Assembly (NCBI GenBank): GCA_963789265.1
Contig: CAWBKB010000004.1
Span: 32,001 to 96,000, forward strand
DNA: 64,000 nt
Origin: an uncultured delta proteobacterium
Lineage (GTDB): Bacteria; Desulfobacterota; Desulfomonilia; Desulfomonilales; Desulfomonilaceae
Reading direction: 5' to 3'
Shown: positions 29,004 to 38,816 of the stretch, one piece after another
Numbering within the stretch: position 1 is the first letter of the stretch
How the letters are laid out: each line of letters begins with the position of its first letter
The notes under the pieces: model-generated
Databases searched by the model: none
What the model saw: the letters and a program-made list of their open reading frames with translations, nothing else
Told to the model about the DNA's origin: nothing
Made by a program: the position numbers and the translations under genes

Positions 29004-29264
29004 AGGGGAACCGCCTCTTGCAATACTTGGTCCCGAATATATGAATGCAACGCCCCGACGGTGACGACATGGACCGGTCTCCCCAATAATTCTTCCAGAT
29101 CGGCTATAAGCCCTCCTGGGAACCAGGGGGAAAGATTTTCACCAACTTCAACAAGTATATCGATATCGCTCGATTCACCTGCTTCGCCACGGGCTACGGA
29201 GCCGAACAGTCGAATATTCTTGGCCCCATGCCGGTGAGTGATTTTCAGTATTTCTTCTCTCTTG
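29000..29264 (-). pseudogene. MNT nucleotidyltransferase antitoxin, native N-terminus lost at the junction with hsdR
   Basis: KREEILKI...LFGSVARGE...SDIDILV; upstream sequence is the antisense strand of hsdR. Confidence 0.8.
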
Positions 29265-31472
29265 CCCGAACAGAAAGGTGATACCTTCCCGGAGCTGTCC
29301 CCCAGGCGGAACATCGTGGTTATCGCGGATGAGGCCCACAGGAGTCAATACGACTTCATAGATGGATTTGCCCGTCACATGCGGGACGCTCTACCGAATG
29401 CCTCGTTCATCGGCTTCACGGGCACGCCCATTGAATTGACTGATAAGAACACTCGTGCCGTATTCGGGGATTATATCAGCATCTACGACATACAGAGGGC
29501 AGTCGAAGACGGCGCAACTGTGCCCATTTACTACGAGAGCCGCCTTGCCAAACTCGAATTGGATGAAGTGGAGAAGCCGCATCTGGACGAGGAGTTCGAG
29601 GAGATCACCGAAGGCAACGAGCAAGAGCACAAAGAGAAACTCAAGACAAAGTGGGCTGCTCTTGAGGCTGTTGTCGGATCTGAAAAGCGCATCCGACTCA
29701 TTGCGCAGGATTTAGTGAACCATTTCGAGAGGCGACTGGAAGGTATGGACGGCAAGGCCATGATTGTCTGCATGAGCCGGTAAGCATTCACTTACGTGGG
29801 GGAAGAGGCATTCTGAGCCTCGAAGAGGCGTGCTAAGGATAGCCACGGGTGCAACCCGTGGAACACGAATTCTCCTAGAATTCTGAATGATCGATCCTGA
29901 AACGGTCGCTCGCCTGCAACACTTACAGACAGCATTTGGGCGACCCTTCCAGGGTCCTGGTCTGTTATTGTTCCCTTTTCCGTGGGTTTCACCCACGGCT
30001 ACTTTTGGGTCGCCCCTTTCGGGGCACTGACATCACGCCCCGCGTAACTGAATGCTTACATGAGCCGCCGCATCTGTGTTGACTTTTACAAGGCATTGAC
30101 CGCTTTGCGTCCTGATTGGCACAACGAGGAGGACAAGAAAGGGGCCCAAAAGGTTGTGATGACCGGTTCCGCTTCCGACCCGTTGGATTGGCAGCAGCAT
30201 ATCCGCAACAAATCTCGTAGGGAAGCTCTCGCTGAACGTTTCAAAGATCCGGCAGACCCTATGAAGCTCGTGATTGTAAGAGACATGTGGCTCACTGGCT
30301 TTGATGCCCCGTGCCTGCACACGATGTATGTGGACAAGCCCATGCGAGGCCATGGACTTATGCAGGCTATTGCCAGAGTCAATCGAGTGTTCCGAGACAA
30401 ACCGGGCGGATTGGTGGTGGACTATTTGGGGCTGGCCGACAATCTTCGCAAAGCTCTAGCCACGTATACCGAGAGCGGTGGCACAGGCAAAACCGCCATC
30501 AACCAGGAAGACGCAGTCGCTTTCATGCTCGAAAAATACGAGCAATGTTGCGATTTGTTCCACGGCTTTGACTGGTCGGCTTGGACATCGAGATCTCCAG
30601 CACAACGACTGGGCCTTCTGCCCACTGCCCAGGAACACGTCCTGTCTCAGCAAGATGGCAAGAACAGACTGCTCAAAGCCGTAGCGGAATTGTCACAATC
30701 TTTTGCCCTTGCGGTCCCCCACCTGAAGGCACTGGAGGTTCGCGACGACGTTGCCTTTTTCCAGGCAGTTCGAGTAGCACTTGCCAAATCAGGTGCTCCG
30801 AGCCCCAAGCCCGAACAAGACCTTGAGCACGCTATACGGCAGTTGATTTCTAAAGCGGTCGCTTCGGATCAAGTCTTAGACATATTCGCTGCTGCCGAGC
30901 TAAAGAAGCCGGACATTTCTATCCTCTCTGATGAATTCTTGGCGGAAGTAAAGGGAATGCCGCAGAGGAATCTGGCAGTCGAACTCCTGCGTAAACTCTT
31001 AAATAATGAAATTAAGACACGGTCGCGGAAGAACTTGGTTCAGTCGCGCTCTTTTGCCGAAATGCTGGAAAAGGCAATCAAAGCGTACCAGAATCGGGCA
31101 ATAGAGACCGCTCAGGTGATCGAAGAGCTTATTGCCCTAGCGAAGCACATGCGTGAGGCAGACCGCAGGGGCGAAGACCTCGGACTGAGTGAAGAAGAAG
31201 TGGCATTCTATGACGCCCTGGAGACCAATGGTAGCGCCGTGCAGGTTCTTGGGGATGAAACACTCAAGAAAATAGCTCGGGAACTCGTAGACACCGTCCG
31301 AAAAAACGTCACCATCGACTGGACACTCAAGGAAAGTGTAAGAGCGAAACTACGTGTCCTGGTCAAACGTATTCTCCGTAAGCATGGGTACCCGCCTGAC
31401 AAGCAGGAGAAGGCTACACAGACTGTCCTGGAACAGGCGGAACAATTTTCGGAGGGGTGGGCGGTCGGATGA
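29260..31472 (+). pseudogene. hsdR: Type I restriction enzyme R subunit, N-terminally truncated and MITE-interrupted
   Basis: [29 protein letters not shown] and C-terminal TIDW...GYPPD; nuclease domain and Walker A are missing. Confidence 0.95.
29780..30059. mobile_element. 280-bp MITE with IS66-like ends inserted in hsdR
   Basis: TIR gtaagcattcacttacgtgggg vs gtaagcattcagttacgcgggg; 8-bp TSD atgagccg (29772-29779, 30060-30067); internal REP-like palindromes. Confidence 0.92.
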
Positions 31473-31818
31473 TTCATGCCAACGCGCTGTCAAACATCGG
31501 ATCCTGCAGCAAGGGGATTGATGGCCATTTGGGCAGGTCTCCTAAGCGCGGTTGGGCTGTGCCGTTCGTAGTGTAGAGATCTACCACAGACATCATGACA
31601 GTTGTGATAAAATATTGCTTGCCCGAAATCGCGTTGGTATGAGATCCCTTGCGGAGACAGGCGTAAATCGAGCGACGATTCGTCTTGGACTGCCTCATCC
31701 GCAAAGGCTGGTCCGGTTGGGGGTGCTGGACCGCTGAAGCGATCCCCCCTTCTCTTGCGCCCCCCCCTTTGATTTTTCAGATGGACTTGAAATCGGAGGA
31801 CAGCCGATTGCACCCGGT

Positions 31819-32013
31819 TTACGGAGCCTTGGACACCTTGTTAGATCGAATGCAACGGGTGCATACTTTGATCCTTTTGACCTGGCCGGATGATTCCATG
31901 ACCCTGACCTTCTGAAGGTTTGGGAAAGATATCTTCTTGGTGCGGTTGTGAGCGTGGCTGACGTTGTATCCTCTCAACGGCCGCTTGCCGCATATTTCAC
32001 AAACTCTTGACAT
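31819..32013 (-). CDS. rpmB: 50S ribosomal protein L28
   Basis: [10 protein letters not shown]...[10 protein letters not shown]...PNLQ...VCTRCIRS. Confidence 0.98.
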   Translation of the reverse strand: MSRVCEICGKRPLRGYNVSHAHNRTKKISFPNLQKVRVMESSGQVKRIKVCTRCIRSNKVSKAP

Positions 32014-32065
32014 GAACCAGTCTCCTTGTCACGCCTCTTGGAGGTGAGGTCAATAATCTTTTATC

Positions 32066-32488
32066 TTACTTCGAAGCTTCGACAAAAGCCATCCTTAATT
32101 GAAACAAAGTCTCCGTAAGTATCTTTTTCTCCTGATCCGTGAGGTTGCCGCGAGTCTTTTCTTCAAGCATCGCCACGATGTCAATGGTCTGCCTGGCGCC
32201 GGGCAGATCTTTCTGTGGTTCCTCAGATTCAGACACTTTGATGAACCCAAGTTGAAAAAGGGCTGTGTTGGCAAGGCTCAAAACAAAAGTTGAAAAATCG
32301 AGCGGCCTCGGAGCTTCAGCCTTCTCCCCCCCGGTTCGTGGTTGCTCCTCCGGGGGAGGTTCCCGACGCGTCTCTTGCTGCAGAGGCTCCTTTTCAACGC
32401 CCCCAGGTTCTTCTTTTGCCAACCCTTCGGTGGTAAACCGCCTTTTATCGGTCACTTTGAATTCGCCAGGTCGTTCAGACTCTTCCAT
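32066..32488 (-). CDS. DUF1844-family protein
   Basis: FKVTDKRRF, DFSTFVLSL, ARQTID..MLEEKTRGNL. Confidence 0.9.
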   Translation of the reverse strand: MEESERPGEFKVTDKRRFTTEGLAKEEPGGVEKEPLQQETRREPPPEEQPRTGGEKAEAPRPLDFSTFVLSLANTALFQLGFIKVSESEEPQKDLPGARQTIDIVAMLEEKTRGNLTDQEKKILTETLFQLRMAFVEASK

Positions 32489-32521
32489 ACTGCTACTCCA
32501 TGCTCCACCGCGTCTCAAAGG

Positions 32522-33463
32522 TCACAGACCCTGCCGGGGATTGATCGGATTACGTCGCTCGAACTCGGCCAAAAGATCTCGGGAGACGGAATCTACACGA
32601 TGAGGAACTGCCACCTGGGTCGTTACGTACAGATCACCCCGCGCATCGCCTTTCAGGGACGGGAACCCTTTTCCCTTAAAACGAAAATTAGTGCCGGACT
32701 GGGTCCCCGCGGGGATTTTCAGAATCAATCGTCCGTCAGGCCCCGGAATTTCCACCTTCGTTCCAAGGATCGCTTCGCCGATCGTTATCGGAATCACGAG
32801 AAAAATGTGATCGCCATCCCTTCGGAAAAACCTATGAGGGCTTACAATTATGTCCAAGAATAGGTCGCCCGGAGGACCGCCGTACCTGCCCGGGGCTCCT
32901 TGACCGGGTACTCGAATTCTAGAGCCTGTATCAACTCCGCCGGGGATGTGAACATTGATTCTACGTTCCAGGACCCGGACTACGGCCGAAGTCCCGTGAT
33001 AGGCCTCATTGAAGTCAATGGCCAGTTCGTACTCCAGGTCATCCCCTCGCGCCGGCCGGCGACTCCGAAACGACGAATCGGAATTCGCCCCAAAAAATTC
33101 GGAGAAAACATCATCAAACATGCCGCGTTTTGAAGTTCCGCCGAAGCTGCGAAAATCAAAACCGAATCCCGGACGTCCGAATCCGGTTTGGCCGAACGGG
33201 CTGCGGCCGCCGGACGAACTGTATCCCCTAGCCGTCGCCTCCAGGCCCTCATGGCCGAACATGTCATAGTTTCGGCGCTTCTCATTGTCGGCGAGGATCT
33301 CGTATGCCTCTGCCAACTCCTTGAATTGGACTTCAGACGCTTTGCTGTTATTATTTAAATCCGGATGATGACGCCTCGCCAGTTTCCGATAAGCTCGCTT
33401 GATTTCCTTATCGGAAGCGGACCGGCTCACCCCCAGTACCTTGTATGGGTCTCGTTTCAGCAT
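32522..33463 (-). CDS. DnaJ-class (type B, CbpA-like) co-chaperone
   Basis: J-domain HPD, G/F-rich region, no Zn finger, C-terminal domain. Confidence 0.93.
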   Translation of the reverse strand: MLKRDPYKVLGVSRSASDKEIKRAYRKLARRHHPDLNNNSKASEVQFKELAEAYEILADNEKRRNYDMFGHEGLEATARGYSSSGGRSPFGQTGFGRPGFGFDFRSFGGTSKRGMFDDVFSEFFGANSDSSFRSRRPARGDDLEYELAIDFNEAYHGTSAVVRVLERRINVHIPGGVDTGSRIRVPGQGAPGRYGGPPGDLFLDIIVSPHRFFRRDGDHIFLVIPITIGEAILGTKVEIPGPDGRLILKIPAGTQSGTNFRFKGKGFPSLKGDARGDLYVTTQVAVPHRVDSVSRDLLAEFERRNPINPRQGL

Positions 33464-33671
33464 CTCAGTTCTGTGCAGCGGCAACCTGTTGCGGTCCTCA
33501 GAAAACTCATAACGCATCTTCTTTCGCGGATTTCGCAGGCGCTTCCTGTATGCACAGGTTCAACGCGCTTCCGAGGATTGTTCGGAACATGAAGCCCACG
33601 GGCCTTCCTTATGGCCGGTAGCGTATATTCAAAAAAGGATTCAATTATGGGAGGCGAATCCCCGAGCCACA

Positions 33672-34112
33672 TCAGCGAAGATAGACAACTTCGACGCTTC
33701 GCTCGCGGTCGTCCTCAGATCTCGGTAGAAAAATCTCAAGAACACCGTCCACGTATCTGGCTTCGGCCTTGTCCACGTCTACTCTGCCGGGGAGAACGAA
33801 ACCACGCTCGAACGAGCCGTGCACTCGCTCTATACTCCTATATGCAGCGATATGCGGCTCCGATTCAAGCGGCCGTTCGCCGGATAATATCAAGCGATTT
33901 CCTCGCACTTCAATGTTAATGTTCTCGCGTCCCACCCCCGGGAGCTCAGCTCTGAACAAATAACCGTCCGGCGTTTCAAGAATGTCCACCGTCGGACACC
34001 AACAAGCCGTCCGTTTACATGTTCCTTCTTCCCCGAATGCATCAAACAGCCGACTCATCTTCTCTTGAAAATTCAGTAGATCTCTGAGAGGATCCCAACG
34101 ATTCAGTGTCAT
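33672..34112 (-). CDS. Hsp20/alpha-crystallin small heat-shock protein
   Basis: RWDPLRDL, AELPGV, ERVHGSFER, DGVLEI. Confidence 0.95.
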   Translation of the reverse strand: MTLNRWDPLRDLLNFQEKMSRLFDAFGEEGTCKRTACWCPTVDILETPDGYLFRAELPGVGRENINIEVRGNRLILSGERPLESEPHIAAYRSIERVHGSFERGFVLPGRVDVDKAEARYVDGVLEIFLPRSEDDRERSVEVVYLR

Positions 34113-34238
34113 GCTGTCAACTCCGGATGAAAAAAGGCAAGTTTTCTGCTCTGATATTAATATTCCTTGTGCTGACATTAAGACTTTTTGCTCTCCTAGT
34201 CAAGGCCAAACAAGAAGAGCATCTGTGGCAGGGGGAGG

Positions 34239-35287
34239 CTACGGCTTAGGCGACGCGGCCATATAACCTTCTCTCCTCAGCTTGTTAACCAGCACCCAAC
34301 CTTTGCCTTTTGGTGCAGCAATTGTATGCGTCAGGCTCTTGCCGTTTGAGGTTGCCGGAAATACCGGGGCTGCCGCTTTGATTTTCGGATTTAACTCCAG
34401 GATTTCTCTGGGCGGAACTCCCGTTATGCGAGCAATTTCGGCTATTGAAAGATCCTTGTTAAGGATCAAACCAGTAACCTGGTCGAACGTAAAGGCGGGC
34501 GAATCCCTAAACTTCAGACCATAGGTCTCTCGGTGGGTATTGATGATCCACAAGGCAATCCACCTGACGATCAAATCTTCGGCGTTGTTAGGGAGCGGCA
34601 AGTCCCAATATTGACTGGTATTCCAGTGTTGCTGCAGATCCTGAATCGTTTTCGTGGAGGTAACATAGGCCGCCGCAGCCATAAGCCAGCTTGCCCCCCC
34701 TAGCTGTCCTCGAACTTCCTTGAGCCGCGCGGCAAAACACCGCGTGGAAAGTTCAAGGTCCGTCCGATCGTCATGCCACGAGTCTTCCGACATGACGACG
34801 CCGTCAGAAACTGTGCAAGGCTTCTCCAGTGCCCACCAGCCCACAACAGGCCCCTTCTGTGGGGGCTTCAGCGCCAGGGCCGACAGAAACAGGGGCAAAC
34901 AGGACAAATTCGTCCGGGACTCCCTCTTTTCGGAGGAGTTCCTCAAAGATCCATGCATATCGGCTTCTTTCTGTGAGCCAATCAGTACAGAACACTTCTG
35001 GCATCGAGCAACAGGAAATTGATCTGATATAGTATGCGAGATCGTACGTCCCGCCGTTGAACCGGGATCAGAGCGCCCGCAAAGCGGAAGGGTTTGTTCC
35101 CAAGCGATGCGGGAAGAGAGTACCTGGAACAGTTGGGGCGTGCCCCCTTTGTCGGCCCGGCCGCTTTCGTGGATGCCGGGAAAAGTCCGAAGAGCACGAT
35201 GAAACCGGCAACCAGGATCGCTTCCACGAGGGCCGATTTCACCACCGCGGTTAGATCCGGAAGCAGTTGAAGGTTATTTCTTTTCAA
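34239..35287 (-). CDS. MltD-like lytic transglycosylase homologue (two apparent frameshifts; catalytic Glu absent)
   Basis: Three overlapping frames join: FAGALIP..., RSRYAWIFEELLRKEGVPDEF, DDRTDLELST, WLMAAAAY, YWDLPLP, LysM-like ILELNP. Confidence 0.7.
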
Positions 35288-37010
35288 CCTTTATTTCTTG
35301 CTCCAATTTTTGAAGCTTCTCCTTCACTACGAGGTTGTCCGGATTGGCCTGGAGCGACTTTTGATAAGCTTCCAAGGCATCTTGTTTTCTGTTCTTGGCG
35401 AGCAGAATGTCCCCGAGATGTTCGGCCACAATAGGATCTGATTTGACTTTCTCTGTCGCCTTCTCCAGTCGCTCAAGCGCCTCGTCTGTCTTACCGGTCT
35501 TGAATAAGACCCATCCTAAAGAATCCATGATATAGCCATCGTCCGGCTTCAATGACGACGCCTTGCGGACAAGCTTCTCTGCCCTTTTCAGGTCTTTGCC
35601 AGCCGCTGCCAATGTGTAGCCGATAAAGTTGAGAGCGCTTGCGTCATCAGGATTTTCGGTAAGTATCTTCTCCATCTCGGCCATAGCTTGGCTGCGTCGG
35701 CCACTCTTTTCCAGAACATTCCCTAGAGAGTAGCGGATCTTGATGTTCTTCGGCTCTATCTCCAATGCCTTTTTGTAGACTTTGGCAGCCTCGTCGTACC
35801 TGTTTAGCTCTTCGAGAATCGAGCCCTTAATGTGAAAGAAGTCTGTCTCCTTAGTATCCGGGTCGATCGCCTCATCTATATATTTGAGGGCTTTGCCAAA
35901 ATCTTTGACTTTCAGAAACATTAGCGACAGCATGATCCTGGAATTGAGATATGTCGGTTGCCCTCTGCGAATCTGAACAAACTCCTTCTCGGCTTCGCCT
36001 AATTTTCCCTGTTCTTTAAGGATTCTCCCCAGGTGGAATCTAGCCTGGTCCCAACCGGGCTGGGTTTGAAGGACCTGATCGAGCAATTCTTTCGCTTTGT
36101 CAAAGCGTTTTTGCTCCGCAAGGATCAACGCCATTTTTATCTGAATCCCGAGATTAGAAGGCGCCAGCTTGGAAAGATCCTCAAACACCTTGTACGATTC
36201 CGAGAACTTCTTCTCACTGGCCAGGACCTGGCCCAGGCTCAGCCGAGCGTTGATATTAAAGGAATCCAGCTTCACAGCTTCTCTGAATTGCTCTTCAGCC
36301 TCGGGATACTTTTTCTGAAGGTAATAGATTCCTCCCAACTCTACATGGGCCTGGGCAGAGGTATCCGTTCCCTTCTCGACCAATTTCTTGAAAATCTCCT
36401 CTGCCTTGTCATACCTCTTGTCCTCTGCGTAGACCTTGCCTAGATAGAAATACCCTTCCTTTTCATCCGGAAACTGTTTGATCATCTTCGAGAAGGTCTT
36501 CTCAGCGTCCGGGAACAACTTCTGTGAGGCTTGGAGAGACCCTATAAAGACATAGAGATCCCGTTCGTCAGGCTTGAGTTCCAAAGCCCTATTGTACGCT
36601 TCGATAGCCCTGGTTCGGTCGCCGGTGACGGTGTAGATCTTGCCCAACAAGGTGTATGCCTCGACGTATTTCGGATCCAACATCGTGGCATTTCGAGCCA
36701 TCAGCAACGCCTCAGCCACTTTCCTGTTTCGAGCCAGCAGGTTGGCAACACGTGTGTTGAGATATGCCGACGTAGGGTCAAGCTTAAGAGCCTTGCGGAA
36801 GTACTCAATAACTGCTTCAGTTTGACCTTGGGCTTCCGCCTGCTCCCCCATAAGGAAGTACAAACCGGGGTCCTTCTCAAGATCGGGCAGGTCTAAAGCC
36901 TTCGGATCACCTGAGTGGAGTCTGGTGGCTGAGAATGACTGGCCCGCAAACAGAACCAACATTGCGACAAGCATTGCTAAAAAGGCGCGTGTCGGTGCAA
37001 TTTTTTTCAT
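35274..37010 (-). CDS. Exported TPR-repeat protein
   Basis: Signal peptide, many TPRs, ALNFIGYTLA and DSLGWV motifs. Confidence 0.92.
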   Translation of the reverse strand: MKKIAPTRAFLAMLVAMLVLFAGQSFSATRLHSGDPKALDLPDLEKDPGLYFLMGEQAEAQGQTEAVIEYFRKALKLDPTSAYLNTRVANLLARNRKVAEALLMARNATMLDPKYVEAYTLLGKIYTVTGDRTRAIEAYNRALELKPDERDLYVFIGSLQASQKLFPDAEKTFSKMIKQFPDEKEGYFYLGKVYAEDKRYDKAEEIFKKLVEKGTDTSAQAHVELGGIYYLQKKYPEAEEQFREAVKLDSFNINARLSLGQVLASEKKFSESYKVFEDLSKLAPSNLGIQIKMALILAEQKRFDKAKELLDQVLQTQPGWDQARFHLGRILKEQGKLGEAEKEFVQIRRGQPTYLNSRIMLSLMFLKVKDFGKALKYIDEAIDPDTKETDFFHIKGSILEELNRYDEAAKVYKKALEIEPKNIKIRYSLGNVLEKSGRRSQAMAEMEKILTENPDDASALNFIGYTLAAAGKDLKRAEKLVRKASSLKPDDGYIMDSLGWVLFKTGKTDEALERLEKATEKVKSDPIVAEHLGDILLAKNRKQDALEAYQKSLQANPDNLVVKEKLQKLEQEIKVEKK

Positions 37011-37043
37011 GATATGTCTTGCCTCGTGCCGGATCGACGCGTG

Positions 37044-37721
37044 TCACCCATTTCCCGGCTTTGAAGATTTCAGTTTGTTGATAATATCAGTGTAGGGGGG
37101 ATGACCGAAAACAGCGCTTCCCGCCACGAATACGTCGGCCCCATGCCGAGCCAAATCCGGTGCCGTCTCGGGGCTCACGCCTCCGTCAACCTCGAGAAGG
37201 ATTTCTTGTCCCGAACGATCAATCATCTGTCTGATCGCCATCACCTTGGGAAGCATGGCGGGAATGAACGACTGGCCTCCGAATCCCGGGTTCACCGTCA
37301 TGACCATGATCACGTCGAGTTCCTCCATGACCCACTCCACAGCGCCTAGCCCCGTTGAAGGATTAAGCGCGGCGCCCGCTTTCACGCCCAATTCCCTAAT
37401 CCTTCGGAGCGTGCGATGCAGATGCCGGGCCGCCTCCGGGTGGACAGTAATTATGTCCGCGCCGGCGGCATGAAAATCTTCCAGGTAGCGGTCAGGGTCT
37501 GAGATCATCAGGTGAACATCTAGAGGAAGGTCTGCAACCCTTTTTGCGGCCTTCACGATCAAAGGGCCTATGGTGATATTGGGCACGAAATGGCCGTCCA
37601 TCACATCCAGGTGTATCCAGTCCGCGCCGGCTTCCTGCACTGCTCGAATCTCATCTCCAAGCCGAGTAAAGTCCGCGGAAAGTATGGAAGGAGAAACCAA
37701 AATGCTTTTGCTTATTCCCAC
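37044..37721 (-). CDS. rpe: Ribulose-phosphate 3-epimerase
   Basis: PSILSADF, HLDVMDGHFVPN, DVHLM, VNPGFGGQ, EVDGG. Confidence 0.98.
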   Translation of the reverse strand: MGISKSILVSPSILSADFTRLGDEIRAVQEAGADWIHLDVMDGHFVPNITIGPLIVKAAKRVADLPLDVHLMISDPDRYLEDFHAAGADIITVHPEAARHLHRTLRRIRELGVKAGAALNPSTGLGAVEWVMEELDVIMVMTVNPGFGGQSFIPAMLPKVMAIRQMIDRSGQEILLEVDGGVSPETAPDLARHGADVFVAGSAVFGHPPYTDIINKLKSSKPGNG

Positions 37722-37802
37722 AGAACCTCTCTTTTCATGTCAATACTCGTCAAACGCAATCGACTAACCAAGTCTACGTAGAGCCCGGTACGACTGCTCA
37801 TA

Positions 37803-38816
37803 TCAAAGTTCAACACCTTGCAGCCGATACCCGCATTTGGGACAAAGCCCCTCTTTCAAAGTCTTTTTTTGTATCTTATATCCCGCTCGATCAATCAAAA
37901 GCTGAGAGCAGTCGGGACAGTATGTTTTTTCGCCGGGATCCCAGGGGACATTACCTGTATAAACATATTTCAGCCCCTCATCAAGTCCGGCCCGCCTCAC
38001 TCGACGAAGAACTTCGACATCTGTGGGGGGTAACGTTTGTTCTTTGTACTGTGGGTAATACCGGCTGACATGCCAAGGGGTTTCCGCGCCGAGATCGGTC
38101 CGGATGAACCGAGCCAACTCCCGCACCTCGGTGGGATCGTCGTTCAGTGTTGGGATGAGAAGGGTTGTCACCTCCAGCCATATACCAAGTTCTTTCATGT
38201 ATCGCAGCGTATCCATTACGCCTTCTCGCCTGGCTTTGCAATAATGTAGATAAAAGCGGTCGTTGAAAGCCTTTAAATCGACGTTGGCCGCGTCAATAAG
38301 ACCTTTTGAATGGTCGAGCATGTCCCGGGTCATGTAGCCATTAGTAACAAATACATTGAGAATTCCAGCCCTTCTTGCTTCAATCATCGTATCGTGAGCC
38401 AGTTCGTAGTATATGGTCGGCTCAGTATATGTATAAGCGATGCTTCGGCATTCGTTCGCGAGGGCCATGGATACTATATCGGCCGGAGAATAGGCCTCCC
38501 CGATTATACGCCCCCTGTCCCGTGGCATCTGAGAGATTGAAAAATTCTGACAGAATGAGCAGAAAAAGTTGCAACCCACTGTTGCGATTGAGAAGGATTT
38601 GCTCCCGGGAGCAAAGTGGAAAAGCGGTTTCTTTTCGATCGGGTCCACGTTCGTGGAGATAACCTTGTCGTAGACAAGCGTGTAAAGCATTCCATCCGTA
38701 TTCAAACGAACACCGCAAATCCCCTTCTTTCCTTGATCGATCTTACAACCATGACGGCAAAGCCGGCATTTGACGACACTATTTTCCAGTCGGTCGTACA
38801 AAACCGCTTCTTTCAT
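37803..38816 (-). CDS. amrS: AmmeMemoRadiSam system radical SAM enzyme
   Basis: DPIEKKPLFHF, CNFFCSFCQN, YTYTEP. Confidence 0.93.
   Translation of the reverse strand: MKEAVLYDRLENSVVKCRLCRHGCKIDQGKKGICGVRLNTDGMLYTLVYDKVISTNVDPIEKKPLFHFAPGSKSFSIATVGCNFFCSFCQNFSISQMPRDRGRIIGEAYSPADIVSMALANECRSIAYTYTEPTIYYELAHDTMIEARRAGILNVFVTNGYMTRDMLDHSKGLIDAANVDLKAFNDRFYLHYCKARREGVMDTLRYMKELGIWLEVTTLLIPTLNDDPTEVRELARFIRTDLGAETPWHVSRYYPQYKEQTLPPTDVEVLRRVRRAGLDEGLKYVYTGNVPWDPGEKTYCPDCSQLLIDRAGYKIQKKTLKEGLCPKCGYRLQGVEL

Noticed and set aside
29780..30059. Intron in hsdR (starts GTAAG)
   Set aside because: TIRs and an 8-bp TSD show it is a transposon-derived insertion; no group I/II features.
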